A stretch of 32,000 nucleotides of DNA from Synechocystis sp. PCC 6803 substr. PCC-P (GCF_000284455.1 NC_017039.1:30001-62000); one strand, 5' to 3'; numbered from the stretch's first letter, positions 23,181 to 32,000 are shown. Numbers and translations: made by a program. The notes: generated by a model from the sequence alone, not told the origin.

Positions 23181-23452
23181 TACCTCTTAATTTTTACTTT
23201 AGAAACTATAGCGAAGATCAAGACGGTTAGAACCAACAGTCACTGAAACCTTCTCGGAATAAGCATTTTGAAATTGAAACTGTCCCAAATAACTCACTTT
23301 TTGCTATAGCTCTTAATATTGGGATAATTTTGTTGATGGGTGGTTGAAACTACAATTTTTCCAGTGTGGTCGGTCATAAATTAGTCAGACAATCAAATAA
23401 TTAAAGCAATTTAGATCAGATTTTTAGCAATAACTGTTGAGCCCATTGCCCG

Positions 23453-24127
23453 CTAGCTATCCGAGTTGTGATGGTAGATAATTTTGTGGGTAATTTGACT
23501 GTGGCTATAGAAGGGTTTGGCTGCGTGTAAAATTTCCGTGACCCAGTTGAGGGTCATGATGGCGTCTAAATAATCTCCCCTACTATTCTTGGCGATGGGA
23601 TGATCAAGGAAGGCAACTGCCAATTCTTGCATTAACGCCCTAGCAGTGCCGCTCCCATAGGAACTTTCGTCCGATGATTGCTTATGAAAGTCCCAGTCAA
23701 TAATCCAGGTAAGAATTTTTGCTTTGGCTTGGTTAACCCGATAAGCTTTAATGCGGTGGGTGTATTTGGTGATATCAACATTGCGTTTTTGACGAATATA
23801 TCGGTCTGCTTTGCGGAGATAACCTTTGCTCGCTTCTTGTAAAATTTCTTGGTCTAACATTTTATTGAATTCCCGCAGGTTATCTAGGGTAATAAGAATA
23901 GAACCAACGGAAGTTTGATAGCGTACTTGGAAAGCGGCAATGGTAAATTCATGGCTGGGAGGCAGTCGGTATAATTCCCCTTTTTGATCCAAGGATTTTT
24001 TGATCAAACTAACTTTGTCTACAGATGAAGCTTCGGCTTTGGTTTGGCGGTTAAGAATGGTATCTAACCCTTGCTGCACCAAGGACTCAACTTTCATACT
24101 ACTTAGCTTTGAAAGATCAAAGTTCAT
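23453..24127 (-). CDS. Orphan hypothetical protein (224 aa)
   Basis: Long ORF in an AT-rich, HIP1-free stretch between the IS remnant and hypD. No TM segments and no motif I can assign. Confidence 0.5.
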   Translation of the reverse strand: MNFDLSKLSSMKVESLVQQGLDTILNRQTKAEASSVDKVSLIKKSLDQKGELYRLPPSHEFTIAAFQVRYQTSVGSILITLDNLREFNKMLDQEILQEASKGYLRKADRYIRQKRNVDITKYTHRIKAYRVNQAKAKILTWIIDWDFHKQSSDESSYGSGTARALMQELAVAFLDHPIAKNSRGDYLDAIMTLNWVTEILHAAKPFYSHSQITHKIIYHHNSDS

Positions 24128-24532
24128 TTTAACTAAGCCAACTGGTGAATGGGAGGAAAAAGGTAGTGGAAAAGAGAGAATTTTAGCGTGGTATTTTTCT
24201 ATCGTAAAAAGATATTAAAGATGCCACCAACTAACCCTTCAAATAAGATTTCTCCATTCCTACTTTAGCAATTGAATTTCTTATTTGGAGCCATTGCCTG
24301 GGGAATAAAAAACGAACTAGGGTGGGGGTGGGCAAAGAGCCATTATTCAGTTCAAAAAATTATCCTTACTACCCATTTGACTGGGCACTTGTCAAGAATC
24401 GGCCTCTTATGGAGGAGGGCTAGGGAAATTTGACATCACTTTCAAACTTTGTCAACACCCTCTAATTTGGGCGAAACGAACTGTTACTGAAAATTTTCGT
24501 TAACCTTGGAATCAGTTCGCCAAGTTTTAGCC

Positions 24533-25657
24533 ATGAAATACGTTGATGAATATCGGGATGCCCAGGCGGTGGCCCATTACCGTCAGGCGATCGCCAGGGA
24601 GATAACCAAACCTTGGACGCTGATGGAGATTTGCGGCGGCCAGACCCACAGCATTGTCAAATATGGCTTGGATGCTTTGTTGCCGAAGAATTTGACTCTG
24701 ATCCATGGTCCCGGCTGTCCTGTGTGCGTCACTCCGATGGAATTAATTGACCAGGCTTTGTGGTTAGCTAAGCAACCGGAGATCATTTTTTGTTCCTTTG
24801 GCGATATGTTGCGGGTGCCCGGCAGTGGGGCGGATTTGCTGAGCATTAAAGCCCAGGGCGGCGATGTGCGCATTGTCTATTCTCCTTTGGATTGTTTGGC
24901 GATCGCCAGGGAGAATCCTAATCGGGAAGTGGTATTTTTCGGAGTAGGTTTTGAAACTACAGCCCCTGCCACGGCCATGACTCTCCACCAAGCTAGGGCC
25001 CAGGGAATTAGCAATTTCAGTTTACTTTGCGCCCATGTATTGGTGCCCCCGGCTATGGAGGCTTTATTAGGCAATCCCAATTCCCTCGTGCAGGGCTTTT
25101 TGGCGGCAGGGCATGTCTGTACGGTGACCGGGGAAAGGGCCTATCAACATATCGCTGAAAAATACCAAGTACCCATTGTCATCACTGGCTTTGAACCTGT
25201 GGATATTATGCAGGGCATCTTTGCCTGTGTGCGCCAACTGGAGTCGGGACAATTCACCTGCAACAATCAATATCGGCGATCGGTCCAACCCCAGGGCAAT
25301 GCCCATGCTCAGAAAATTATTGACCAAGTGTTTGAGCCAGTCGATCGCCATTGGCGGGGTTTGGGATTAATTCCGGCCAGCGGTTTGGGTTTAAGGCCAG
25401 CATTTGCCCCCTGGGATGCCGCAGTTAAATTCGCCAATTTATTGCAAACCATGGCCCCAACGATGGGAGAAACAGTGTGTATTAGCGGGGAAATTTTACA
25501 GGGACAACGGAAGCCCAGCGATTGTCCAGCCTTTGGTACTATCTGCACCCCAGAACAACCCTTGGGGGCTCCCATGGTTTCCTCGGAAGGAGCCTGTGCC
25601 GCCTATTACCGTTATCGCCAACAATTACCGGAACCAGTGGGAGCGGCCAGAGTTTAG
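24533..25657 (+). CDS. hypD: [NiFe]-hydrogenase maturation protein HypD
   Basis: MKYVDEYRD..., [16 protein letters not shown] and GFETTAP motifs are characteristic of HypD. The track ORF starts at TTG 24506, but ATG 24533 matches the canonical HypD N-terminus. Confidence 0.9.
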   Translation: MKYVDEYRDAQAVAHYRQAIAREITKPWTLMEICGGQTHSIVKYGLDALLPKNLTLIHGPGCPVCVTPMELIDQALWLAKQPEIIFCSFGDMLRVPGSGADLLSIKAQGGDVRIVYSPLDCLAIARENPNREVVFFGVGFETTAPATAMTLHQARAQGISNFSLLCAHVLVPPAMEALLGNPNSLVQGFLAAGHVCTVTGERAYQHIAEKYQVPIVITGFEPVDIMQGIFACVRQLESGQFTCNNQYRRSVQPQGNAHAQKIIDQVFEPVDRHWRGLGLIPASGLGLRPAFAPWDAAVKFANLLQTMAPTMGETVCISGEILQGQRKPSDCPAFGTICTPEQPLGAPMVSSEGACAAYYRYRQQLPEPVGAARV

Positions 25658-25668
25658 TTTTGCTGGGA

Positions 25669-26550
25669 TCAGACAATCCCCTCACTGATAGCTTGGTGGA
25701 GCATGGCCCGTAACGAAGCCCGCCAATGGGGAGGGGCAGAACCCAAAGTTTCTACTATTTTTTGATGGGATAAAACAGAATAGGCTGGCCGTCGGGCCGG
25801 GGTGGGATAGGCAGCTGTGGCAATGGGCACCACCTGACGCACCTTAAGGGGAATACCTAGATTTTCAACTTCCTCAAAAATAGCCACGGCAAAATCGTAC
25901 CAACTGGCCACCCCACTGTTGCTGTAGTGGTAAATGCCCTGGGCCCGTTGTTCCGTCAAAGCGGCGATCGCCTCGGCCAGATCCTTTGCCCAGGTGGGCC
26001 CACCAATTTGATCCGCCACCACCCTGACTTTTTGCCGTTCTTTGCCTAAACGCACCATGGTTTTGACAAAATTGCCCGATCCATGGACTCCATAAACCCA
26101 GGCAGTGCGGACAATAAGAAAATTACAACCACTGTCGGCAATGGCTATTTCCCCCTGGAATTTGCTTTGGCCATAAACCCCGAGGGGATTGGTGGCATCC
26201 GTTTCTCGGTAGGGAGAACTCTGGCTACCATCAAACACATAGTCAGTGGAAATATGCACCACATAGGCACCGATTTCCTTGGCCACTTTGGCGATCGCCT
26301 GGGGAGCAAGGGCGTTAACTGCGTAGGCTAATTCCGGTTCTGTTTCGGCCCTGTCCACAGCAGTATAGGCCGCGGAGTTGACAATAATGTCCGGGGCAAA
26401 AGCACGAATTTTCTCCCCTAAGACATCCGGCTGGGCCAAATCAAAGCTAGCCCTAGTTGCTTCTTGCACTGAACCAAAACAGGACAAAGGAATGGCTAAT
26501 TCTCGTCCCACTTGCCCCGCTGAACCTAATAACAGGATTTTGCTCGCCAA
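25669..26550 (-). CDS. rfbD: dTDP-4-dehydrorhamnose reductase (RmlD/RfbD)
   Basis: N-terminal Rossmann motif KILLLGSAGQVGREL, STDYVFDG, and the YGQSK catalytic Tyr-x3-Lys, with RmlD-like length (293 aa). Confidence 0.85.
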   Translation of the reverse strand: MASKILLLGSAGQVGRELAIPLSCFGSVQEATRASFDLAQPDVLGEKIRAFAPDIIVNSAAYTAVDRAETEPELAYAVNALAPQAIAKVAKEIGAYVVHISTDYVFDGSQSSPYRETDATNPLGVYGQSKFQGEIAIADSGCNFLIVRTAWVYGVHGSGNFVKTMVRLGKERQKVRVVADQIGGPTWAKDLAEAIAALTEQRAQGIYHYSNSGVASWYDFAVAIFEEVENLGIPLKVRQVVPIATAAYPTPARRPAYSVLSHQKIVETLGSAPPHWRASLRAMLHQAISEGIV

Positions 26551-26555
26551 CCTAA

Positions 26556-27224
26556 CTAAGCTCCCAGGGAAACTTCTGTGCCAATGGGGCAGGCCACATT
26601 AGTGCCCCCCAAACCGCAGTAACCATTGGGGTTTTTCGCCAAATATTGTTGGTGATAGTCTTCAGCGTAATAAAAATCCGGGGCTGGTAAAATTTCCGTG
26701 GTAATTTCCCCGTAGCCTGCCTGTTGCAGAGCTTGCTGATAGGCTTGCTTCGATGCCAAAGCGGCCTGTTGTTGGGCTTCGGAATAGGTGTAAATGCCAG
26801 AGCGGTATTGGGTACCCACATCATTGCCCTGGCGCATGCCCTGGGTAGGGTTATGGCTTTCCCAAAAGACTTTGAGCAATTGGTCGTAACTCACTTGCTG
26901 GGGATCAAAGGCTACTAAAACCACTTCGTTATGGCCAGTCATACCCGTACAAACTTCTTGGTAAGTGGGATTGGGGGTATAACCAGCCGCATAACCAACA
27001 GCGGTGCTGTAAACTCCAGGTATTTGCCAAAATTTGCGTTCTGCTCCCCAAAAACAGCCTAAACCAAACAGAGCCGTTTCCATTCCCTGGGGAAAGGGAG
27101 CTTTGAGAGGATTGCCGTTGACAAAATGCTTATCTGGCACGGGCATAGTGGCCGATCGCCCGGGTAATGCTTCATTGGGGGCAACCATGGCAGTTTTTTT
27201 ACCGAATAAATCGAAGAATCCCAT
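26556..27224 (-). CDS. msrA: Peptide methionine (S)-sulfoxide reductase MsrA
   Basis: GLGCFWGAE active-site motif and overall MsrA pattern. Its stop is 5 nt before the rfbD start, so co-transcription is likely. Confidence 0.9.
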   Translation of the reverse strand: MGFFDLFGKKTAMVAPNEALPGRSATMPVPDKHFVNGNPLKAPFPQGMETALFGLGCFWGAERKFWQIPGVYSTAVGYAAGYTPNPTYQEVCTGMTGHNEVVLVAFDPQQVSYDQLLKVFWESHNPTQGMRQGNDVGTQYRSGIYTYSEAQQQAALASKQAYQQALQQAGYGEITTEILPAPDFYYAEDYHQQYLAKNPNGYCGLGGTNVACPIGTEVSLGA

Positions 27225-27339
27225 AATGCTTAAGTTGTTGTTATTTATCTAAGTGCGGATAATACTGAACGAAGCTTTGACCAACTGCTTTGACTCCGCC
27301 TCTGAACTAGTGTAACGAAACTGTTACAAACCCGAGGTG

Positions 27340-28815
27340 TTAAGCCCGGATGTATTCGTAGGCTTCCACATATTGGAGCCCTGGTTTATTCCAAGAGTAG
27401 TCGTAGGCCATGCCCTGCAAGGCCAAGGTTTTAAAAGCCACGGGATCATCCTTATACAAGGCGATCGCCCGACTGAGGGCCGTTTCCAGGGCATACTCAT
27501 CCGGTTGATAGAAAACAAAACCATTACGTTTCTCCGGGGGATGGTTCTGGTCATAATCCCGGTCGAAAACAGTATTTACCAAACCGCCTACTCCCCGCAC
27601 CACCGGAACGGCCCCATAACGCAGACCAATCATTTGGGTCAAACCACAGGGTTCGTAGTTACTGGGCACCACAATAATGTCCGCCGCTCCGTAAATTAAG
27701 TGGGCCAGCTCCTCGTCAAAGCCCAACTCTAGATGGACATTGGGGTTATCGTTGAGATGTTGTTTTTCATGCCAGAACCATTTGCTCAGATTGGGTTCGG
27801 TGGCGGAGCCGAGCAGGACAAATTGCGCTCCCTGGCTGAGGGCGTAGTAGATGGAGTGATGCACCAAGTGCACACCTTTTTGTCCATCCAAGCGGCCAAT
27901 AAAGCAGAGCATGGGTTTTTTATCATCCGTTTCTAACAGTAATCTTTCCCGTAACGCTTGCTTATTTTTTGCCTTATCGCCAAAGGTTTTGACACTGAAG
28001 TTACTCGCCAGTAAAGGATCAATTTCTGGGTTCCACACTTCGTAATCCAAACCGTTCAAAATACCGCCGAATTTTTGCTGATGGATTTCCAGGGTATGGC
28101 CCAAGCCACAGGAAATATCGGAAAAACGGGCTTCCCAAGCATGGTGGGGGGAAACGGTGTTGACATAGTTGGAGTAGACAATGCCCCCCTTCATGAAGTT
28201 AATCGCATTGGGATTGAAATTATCCTGCAGGCGATCGTAGCTGAAATAATAACTGTCATTATTGAGCCCAGTGGCGTGGAGAATATTGGCTCCAGCAATA
28301 CCCTGGTGTTTGAAATTGTGGATGGTGTAACAAACCCGTTGATGGTCCATGCCATGGAAACGGTAAATTTCATACAACAACACCGGCACCAGTCCCGTTT
28401 GCCAATCGTGGCAGTGGATAATGTCTGGGCGTTTGTTACTGCGTAGCAAAAACTCCATGGCCGCCTTGGAGAAAAAGGCAAAGCGCATATGGTCGTCTAG
28501 AGCGCCATAATAATGACCCCGATTGAAAAAGTTATCAGAAGATTTGGGCTGAATGAAGAAGCAGAGCCTACCGTGAACCCAGCCACAAAAAACATCACAG
28601 AAGATTGAGCTTCCATACCAGGGCACCTCTAGGTTGCGGTAAGCATCGTGTAAACCCCAGATGTGGTCATAGCGCATGCAATCGTACATGGGTAGGATTA
28701 GCTCGACGCAATGGCCCCGCAGTTCCAATTCACGGCTTAGGCCGTAAATAACATCCCCCAATCCCCCAGCCTTAATGACGGGGGCGCATTCTGAGGCAAT
28801 TTGAACGATGTACAT
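27340..28815 (-). CDS. glgA: Glycogen synthase (ADP-glucose type), probably the glgA2 paralogue
   Basis: MYIVQIASECAPVIKAGGLGDV (KxGGL motif) in a GT5 family layout, 491 aa. Confidence 0.9.
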   Translation of the reverse strand: MYIVQIASECAPVIKAGGLGDVIYGLSRELELRGHCVELILPMYDCMRYDHIWGLHDAYRNLEVPWYGSSIFCDVFCGWVHGRLCFFIQPKSSDNFFNRGHYYGALDDHMRFAFFSKAAMEFLLRSNKRPDIIHCHDWQTGLVPVLLYEIYRFHGMDHQRVCYTIHNFKHQGIAGANILHATGLNNDSYYFSYDRLQDNFNPNAINFMKGGIVYSNYVNTVSPHHAWEARFSDISCGLGHTLEIHQQKFGGILNGLDYEVWNPEIDPLLASNFSVKTFGDKAKNKQALRERLLLETDDKKPMLCFIGRLDGQKGVHLVHHSIYYALSQGAQFVLLGSATEPNLSKWFWHEKQHLNDNPNVHLELGFDEELAHLIYGAADIIVVPSNYEPCGLTQMIGLRYGAVPVVRGVGGLVNTVFDRDYDQNHPPEKRNGFVFYQPDEYALETALSRAIALYKDDPVAFKTLALQGMAYDYSWNKPGLQYVEAYEYIRA

Positions 28816-29038
28816 AGAGGCTCCTGATAGCGGTTTTTACTCGACTTCGGCTCGACGGCGATCGAGTTGATTGTATTTTCCTATATTGCCCCTCCCTTGC
28901 AAGCACTGGAGGAGAATTCCCCTGGCCAAGGGGCGATCGCCACCGGAAATTAAAAGATTAAGTTAGTCAAGTAAAAGATTTGGTTCACTACCCATTTTGG
29001 GTCATGGGCCTGGCTTTTTTTAGCCCAAGAATGAAAAA

Positions 29039-29650
29039 CTAACCGTAGTGATGATGCCGTACCAGTAATGTTTCCACCAAGCATTGGGCAGTTGTAAGCC
29101 TTTCTGGATCGTTAGACTGGGCTACCCAGGCGGCCAACTCATTCAAGGAACCATTGACCAAGTGGGCAAAACCCTCAGCATCGACGGCGTCAAGTTCTCC
29201 TTCGGAAACGGCGGTCTGAATCGACCCATGGAGCAAACCAAAGCCATATTGATCAATTTCGGTCAGGTCATCCGCTGCCAAAACTGCGGGAGCTTCCACA
29301 AATACCAAGCGCCGCAGTTCATCCTGCTGGGCAACTTCCAGAAATGCTCGACAGCCGACGATTAACTGTTGCCAATTATTATCTAGGGGTTGAACTTTCG
29401 TTTGGATATAGTCGGTGATTTCTTCGTAGGCCTCGACGATGACAGCTTTAAACAGCCCCCGCTTGTCCCCGAATTGATGATATAAAGCTCCCCTGGTAAT
29501 GGCTAGCTCACTGATAATTTCTTCGGTGCCAGTGGCGGCGTACCCCTTGGTGGCAAACAGGTGACGGGCCCGGTCAAGGATGGCGCGGCGAGTGCGTCGA
29601 GTTTGTTCTGCTTTGGTTAACTTAGCCGGCATGGTGGATGGATTTAACAT
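29039..29650 (-). CDS. pfsR: TetR-family transcriptional regulator (PfsR-like)
   Basis: N-terminal TetR HTH RRAILDRARHLFATKGYAATGTEEIISELAITRGALYHQFGDKRGLF. Its position next to glgA matches my recollection of pfsR in PCC 6803. The start may be Met7 (MPAKLT). Confidence 0.75.
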   Translation of the reverse strand: MLNPSTMPAKLTKAEQTRRTRRAILDRARHLFATKGYAATGTEEIISELAITRGALYHQFGDKRGLFKAVIVEAYEEITDYIQTKVQPLDNNWQQLIVGCRAFLEVAQQDELRRLVFVEAPAVLAADDLTEIDQYGFGLLHGSIQTAVSEGELDAVDAEGFAHLVNGSLNELAAWVAQSNDPERLTTAQCLVETLLVRHHHYG

Positions 29651-29660
29651 TCAGACAGTA

Positions 29661-29718
29661 TGTATCTTGACAAGAAAAAAAACTTCCCCTACTTTTGAGA
29701 TACATACAGATTGTATCT
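29661..29718. promoter_or_regulatory. Three copies of heptamer TGTATCT (two direct, one inverted) forming candidate TetR operators in the pfsR/GNAT divergent region
   Basis: TGTATCT at 29661..29667, AGATACA at 29698..29704 and TGTATCT at 29712..29718. The last two form a 7-7-7 palindrome at 29698..29718. GTATGTATCT (29658..29667) and AGATACATAC (29698..29707) form a 10-bp inverted repeat. Confidence 0.45.
29667..29695 (+). promoter_or_regulatory. Sigma70-like promoter candidate for the GNAT gene
   Basis: -35 TTGACA (29667..29672), 17-nt spacer, -10 TACTTT (29690..29695). The predicted start site falls inside the palindrome at 29698..29718. Confidence 0.35.
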
Positions 29719-29748
29719 TTTACGCAAAACTTTCCCCAAGGGGTCGTG

Positions 29749-30423
29749 ATGTCAACCACGCTAAATACCCGTCAAGCAACCACTGCTGACATTCCATTTC
29801 TGGCTAGGATTGAGTACGAGGCTTCCCTACCACCTTTAAATCACTGCTTTTGGGACGATTTGTTGGATGGTACTGGCACCACCGCATTGCAGTTTATCGA
29901 GGCGGAACTAAAGGCTGATGCTTGCAATTGGGGCAATGTGCCGGATTTTCTGATTTTGGAAGCTGGGGGCCAACCAGTTGCGGCCGCCGCCGGATATGTA
30001 CCAGGGACGGATGATTACTGTCCATTATGCCTATCCCAGCTAGGGGCGATCGCCAAGGAGTTGAACTGGGGAGAAGAAACCCTAGAGGGTTTTCGTGAGC
30101 ATTATGTGGGGCTTTGGGGAGGGAATTTACGGCCATTGTTTCTCACACCCCAGGCAACCTGGATTATCGAAAATGTGGCCGTATTACCGGAGGCCCGGGG
30201 CCAAGGTTTTGGCAAAGCGTTACTAAGGGCTTTATTGGCCAAAGGGCGATCACAGGGCCATGAATTTGCTGGCATTATGGTAATCAATGGCAATGACAGA
30301 GCCCGCCATACCTATGAATCTGTGGGGTTTAAACCTTACCAAACCTTTTACAAAGATTATTTCTGGGAACAATTTAAGATTGATTTTCCCGGTGTTACCA
30401 AGTTTGGTATGCGTCTCAACTAA
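29749..30423 (+). CDS. GNAT-family N-acetyltransferase
   Basis: ATG 29749 (MSTTLN) has AAGGGG upstream and is in frame with the track ORF starting at TTG 29695. Acetyl-CoA motif IENVAVLPEARGQGFGKALLRALL. Confidence 0.75.
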   Translation: MSTTLNTRQATTADIPFLARIEYEASLPPLNHCFWDDLLDGTGTTALQFIEAELKADACNWGNVPDFLILEAGGQPVAAAAGYVPGTDDYCPLCLSQLGAIAKELNWGEETLEGFREHYVGLWGGNLRPLFLTPQATWIIENVAVLPEARGQGFGKALLRALLAKGRSQGHEFAGIMVINGNDRARHTYESVGFKPYQTFYKDYFWEQFKIDFPGVTKFGMRLN

Positions 30424-30523
30424 AAAAGATAACTACCATGTTTGACAAGGGGTGAAACTGGCTGGCTTTAATCATTGGTAATCGGTGGTTGGACTATGAT
30501 CAATTCACCCACACTTTTTCACT

Positions 30524-31522
30524 GTGTCCCCCATGGAATTAACCCCTGAAACCAAGGCCGCTGTGGTTACCCAAGGTTTGACCAAACGTTTCGATCGCCA
30601 GGGGGCGGTGACCAATGTGGATTTAAGCATTGCGGAGGGTGCCGTGTACGGTCTGATGGGTCCCAATGGGGCGGGGAAGACTACCCTAATCCGTATGTTG
30701 GCCACTGCGGAAGAACCCACCAAGGGGGAAATTTATTTATTTGGCGATCGCCTGGTAGCGGGGGCAGACAATTTACGCATCAAACAATATTTGGGCTATT
30801 TGCCGGACGATTATCCCCTCTATGAAGACTTGAACGTTTGGGATTATCTCGATTACTTTGCCCGGTTATATCATTTGAAAAATCCTGGCCGTCGCCACCG
30901 CATCCAGGAAGTGTTGGAGCTAGTGCAACTAACCAGTAAGCGCCACAGCCGCATTAACAGTCTTTCCCGGGGGATGAAACAACGGTTAAGTTTGGCCCGC
31001 ACCATTATCCATGAGCCCATTTTACTCCTGCTGGATGAGCCGGTTTCCGGGCTGGATCCCCTCGCTCGGCAACAATTTCGTGACATTATTCGGGTGTTGC
31101 AGGCCGCTGGCATGACCATTCTGATTTCCTCCCATGTGCTCAGTGACCTGGCTGAACTCTGCACGGCGATCGGGGTGATGGAACTAGGTTGTTTGGTGGA
31201 AAGTACCACTTTGGCAGATTTATATAACCGGCTGGGGCAGCGCACTATCTCCATCTTCCTATTGGAGGGAGTAGAGCAATTGCAGGATTGCCTGAAGAAT
31301 CAACCCGGTGTGGAGGATTGGCAGATAAACTATGACCAGGGAGATCAGCCAAATTCCGCCCCAGGTACCCACTGCTCTGTGATTTTTTCTGGTTCCCCGG
31401 AAGACAGCGCCAACCTGCTCAGAAATTTGATCTATGCTGGTTGTCGAGTCAGTCAATTCCATTGTCAACAGGAGGATTTAGAAAGTATTTTCCTCAAACT
31501 AGGACATCAACAGGTTTCTTGA
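30524..31522 (+). CDS. ABC transporter ATP-binding protein (ABC-2 / drug-efflux-like subfamily)
   Basis: Walker A GPNGAGKTT, signature LSRGMKQRLSLA, Walker B LLLLDEPVSGLD, H-loop ISSHVL, and a ~100-aa C-terminal accessory domain. The start is GTG 30524 or ATG 30533. Confidence 0.85.
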   Translation: MSPMELTPETKAAVVTQGLTKRFDRQGAVTNVDLSIAEGAVYGLMGPNGAGKTTLIRMLATAEEPTKGEIYLFGDRLVAGADNLRIKQYLGYLPDDYPLYEDLNVWDYLDYFARLYHLKNPGRRHRIQEVLELVQLTSKRHSRINSLSRGMKQRLSLARTIIHEPILLLLDEPVSGLDPLARQQFRDIIRVLQAAGMTILISSHVLSDLAELCTAIGVMELGCLVESTTLADLYNRLGQRTISIFLLEGVEQLQDCLKNQPGVEDWQINYDQGDQPNSAPGTHCSVIFSGSPEDSANLLRNLIYAGCRVSQFHCQQEDLESIFLKLGHQQVS

Positions 31523-31833
31523 CAGTATCAACGGCTGTTCTGCCCTGGTTAAGACTGATAATTTAACTATTTTCTTCTCAAATTACCGTTAATTTATTCA
31601 TCACTAAATCTCTCTCTGTCTAGTTGATTTATTTTCCATTTATCTGAGATTTATTTGACAACTGAAAGCTGTTTCCAATCAGAATTATTTGCTTAATTAA
31701 GAAGCTGATTGAAATTACTTACCCTCACTGCTATCGGTGCTTTACTGAGCAAATGGGGGATTAATTAGGATTTGACTAACAACTGATTGACTTAATTTTT
31801 TGCTTTTTCCTGCCCCACTTCGCCGTCACTGCC

Positions 31834-32000
31834 ATGATTAATTTTTTCTCTACCCATATCGATCGCCTGGGGGATTGGTATCCCCAACTGTACCGGGAAC
31901 TCAAAAGCCGTTTCACTGCTACTAAGGTCCGTTGGTTGCTGTTGGTTAGCGTAATTTTCCAGGGTGTGATGGTATTTTTTCGCACCGGAGAAATTCCCGT
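31834..32000 (+). CDS. Partial ORF (5' end), probable membrane/permease partner of the preceding ABC ATPase
   Basis: Not in the track because it runs off the right edge. ATG 31834 gives MINFFSTHIDRLGDWYPQLYRELKSRFTATKVRWLLLVSVIFQGVMVFFRTGEIP, which has a hydrophobic segment after a basic stretch. Track ORF 31776..31985 on the opposite strand is probably spurious. Confidence 0.45.
   Translation, partial: MINFFSTHIDRLGDWYPQLYRELKSRFTATKVRWLLLVSVIFQGVMVFFRTGEIP

Noticed and set aside
25657-25669. Convergent hypD and rfbD stops only 11 nt apart; checked for an overlapping or bidirectional terminator
   Set aside because: There is no room for a hairpin and none is visible. Tight convergent spacing is common in this genome and nothing further can be inferred from sequence.
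27311-27328. TGTAAC-GAAACT-GTTACA hairpin/palindrome 12 nt downstream of the glgA stop, considered as an intrinsic terminator or an NtcA-like site
   Set aside because: The stem is only 6 bp and no U-tract follows on the transcribed (minus) strand. The GTA...TAC spacing is 10 nt, not the N8 of NtcA sites. Evidence is insufficient for either call.
31776-31985. 69-aa minus-strand ORF at the right edge
   Set aside because: The opposite (plus) strand carries an ATG-initiated open frame running off the window, with a hydrophobic segment in the position expected for an ABC permease partner. The minus-strand product has no features.

Overview
The window reads as chromosomal DNA of a unicellular cyanobacterium, almost certainly Synechocystis sp. 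PCC 6803. Evidence: I counted 25 copies of the HIP1 octamer GCGATCGC by manual scan, there is a complete 947-bp ISY100 copy, and I recognise the Psb28, HypD, GlgA and PfsR-like sequences. Any locus names I use come from memory only.

Left half (1-16.8 kb) is a TonB-dependent iron/siderophore uptake cluster:
- A FhuA-like receptor on the minus strand that runs off the left edge and is missing from the ORF track.
- exbD and exbB.
- Divergent from these: an unusually long tonB, a secreted 14-repeat MORN protein, an exporter-fold ABC protein, AraC-type pchR, a second FhuA-like receptor, two tandem FecB-like lipoproteins, a Cys-rich DUF1636-like protein, and a second exporter-fold ABC protein.

Right half:
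- A low-GC minus-strand island (orphan 312-aa protein plus a DUF5615/DUF433 toxin-antitoxin-like pair).
- A DUF4336-like protein and psb28.
- A DinG-like protein with degenerate ATPase motifs.
- An IS5-type transposase remnant interrupted by ISY100.
- An orphan 224-aa protein.
- hypD, rfbD, msrA and glgA.
- A TetR regulator (pfsR) divergent from a GNAT gene.
- An ABC ATPase, and a partial permease gene at the right edge that is also missing from the track.

I saw no rRNA, tRNA or CRISPR array.

The best candidates for something undescribed are:
1. The two exporter-fold ABC genes. Their degenerate motifs are complementary, which predicts a single heterodimer serving the siderophore cluster.
2. 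The low-GC three-gene island at 17.0-18.6 kb.
3. The accessory components of the iron cluster: the MORN protein, the TonB C-terminal extension and the DUF1636-like protein.

All homology calls are by eye. No database or HMM search was possible.
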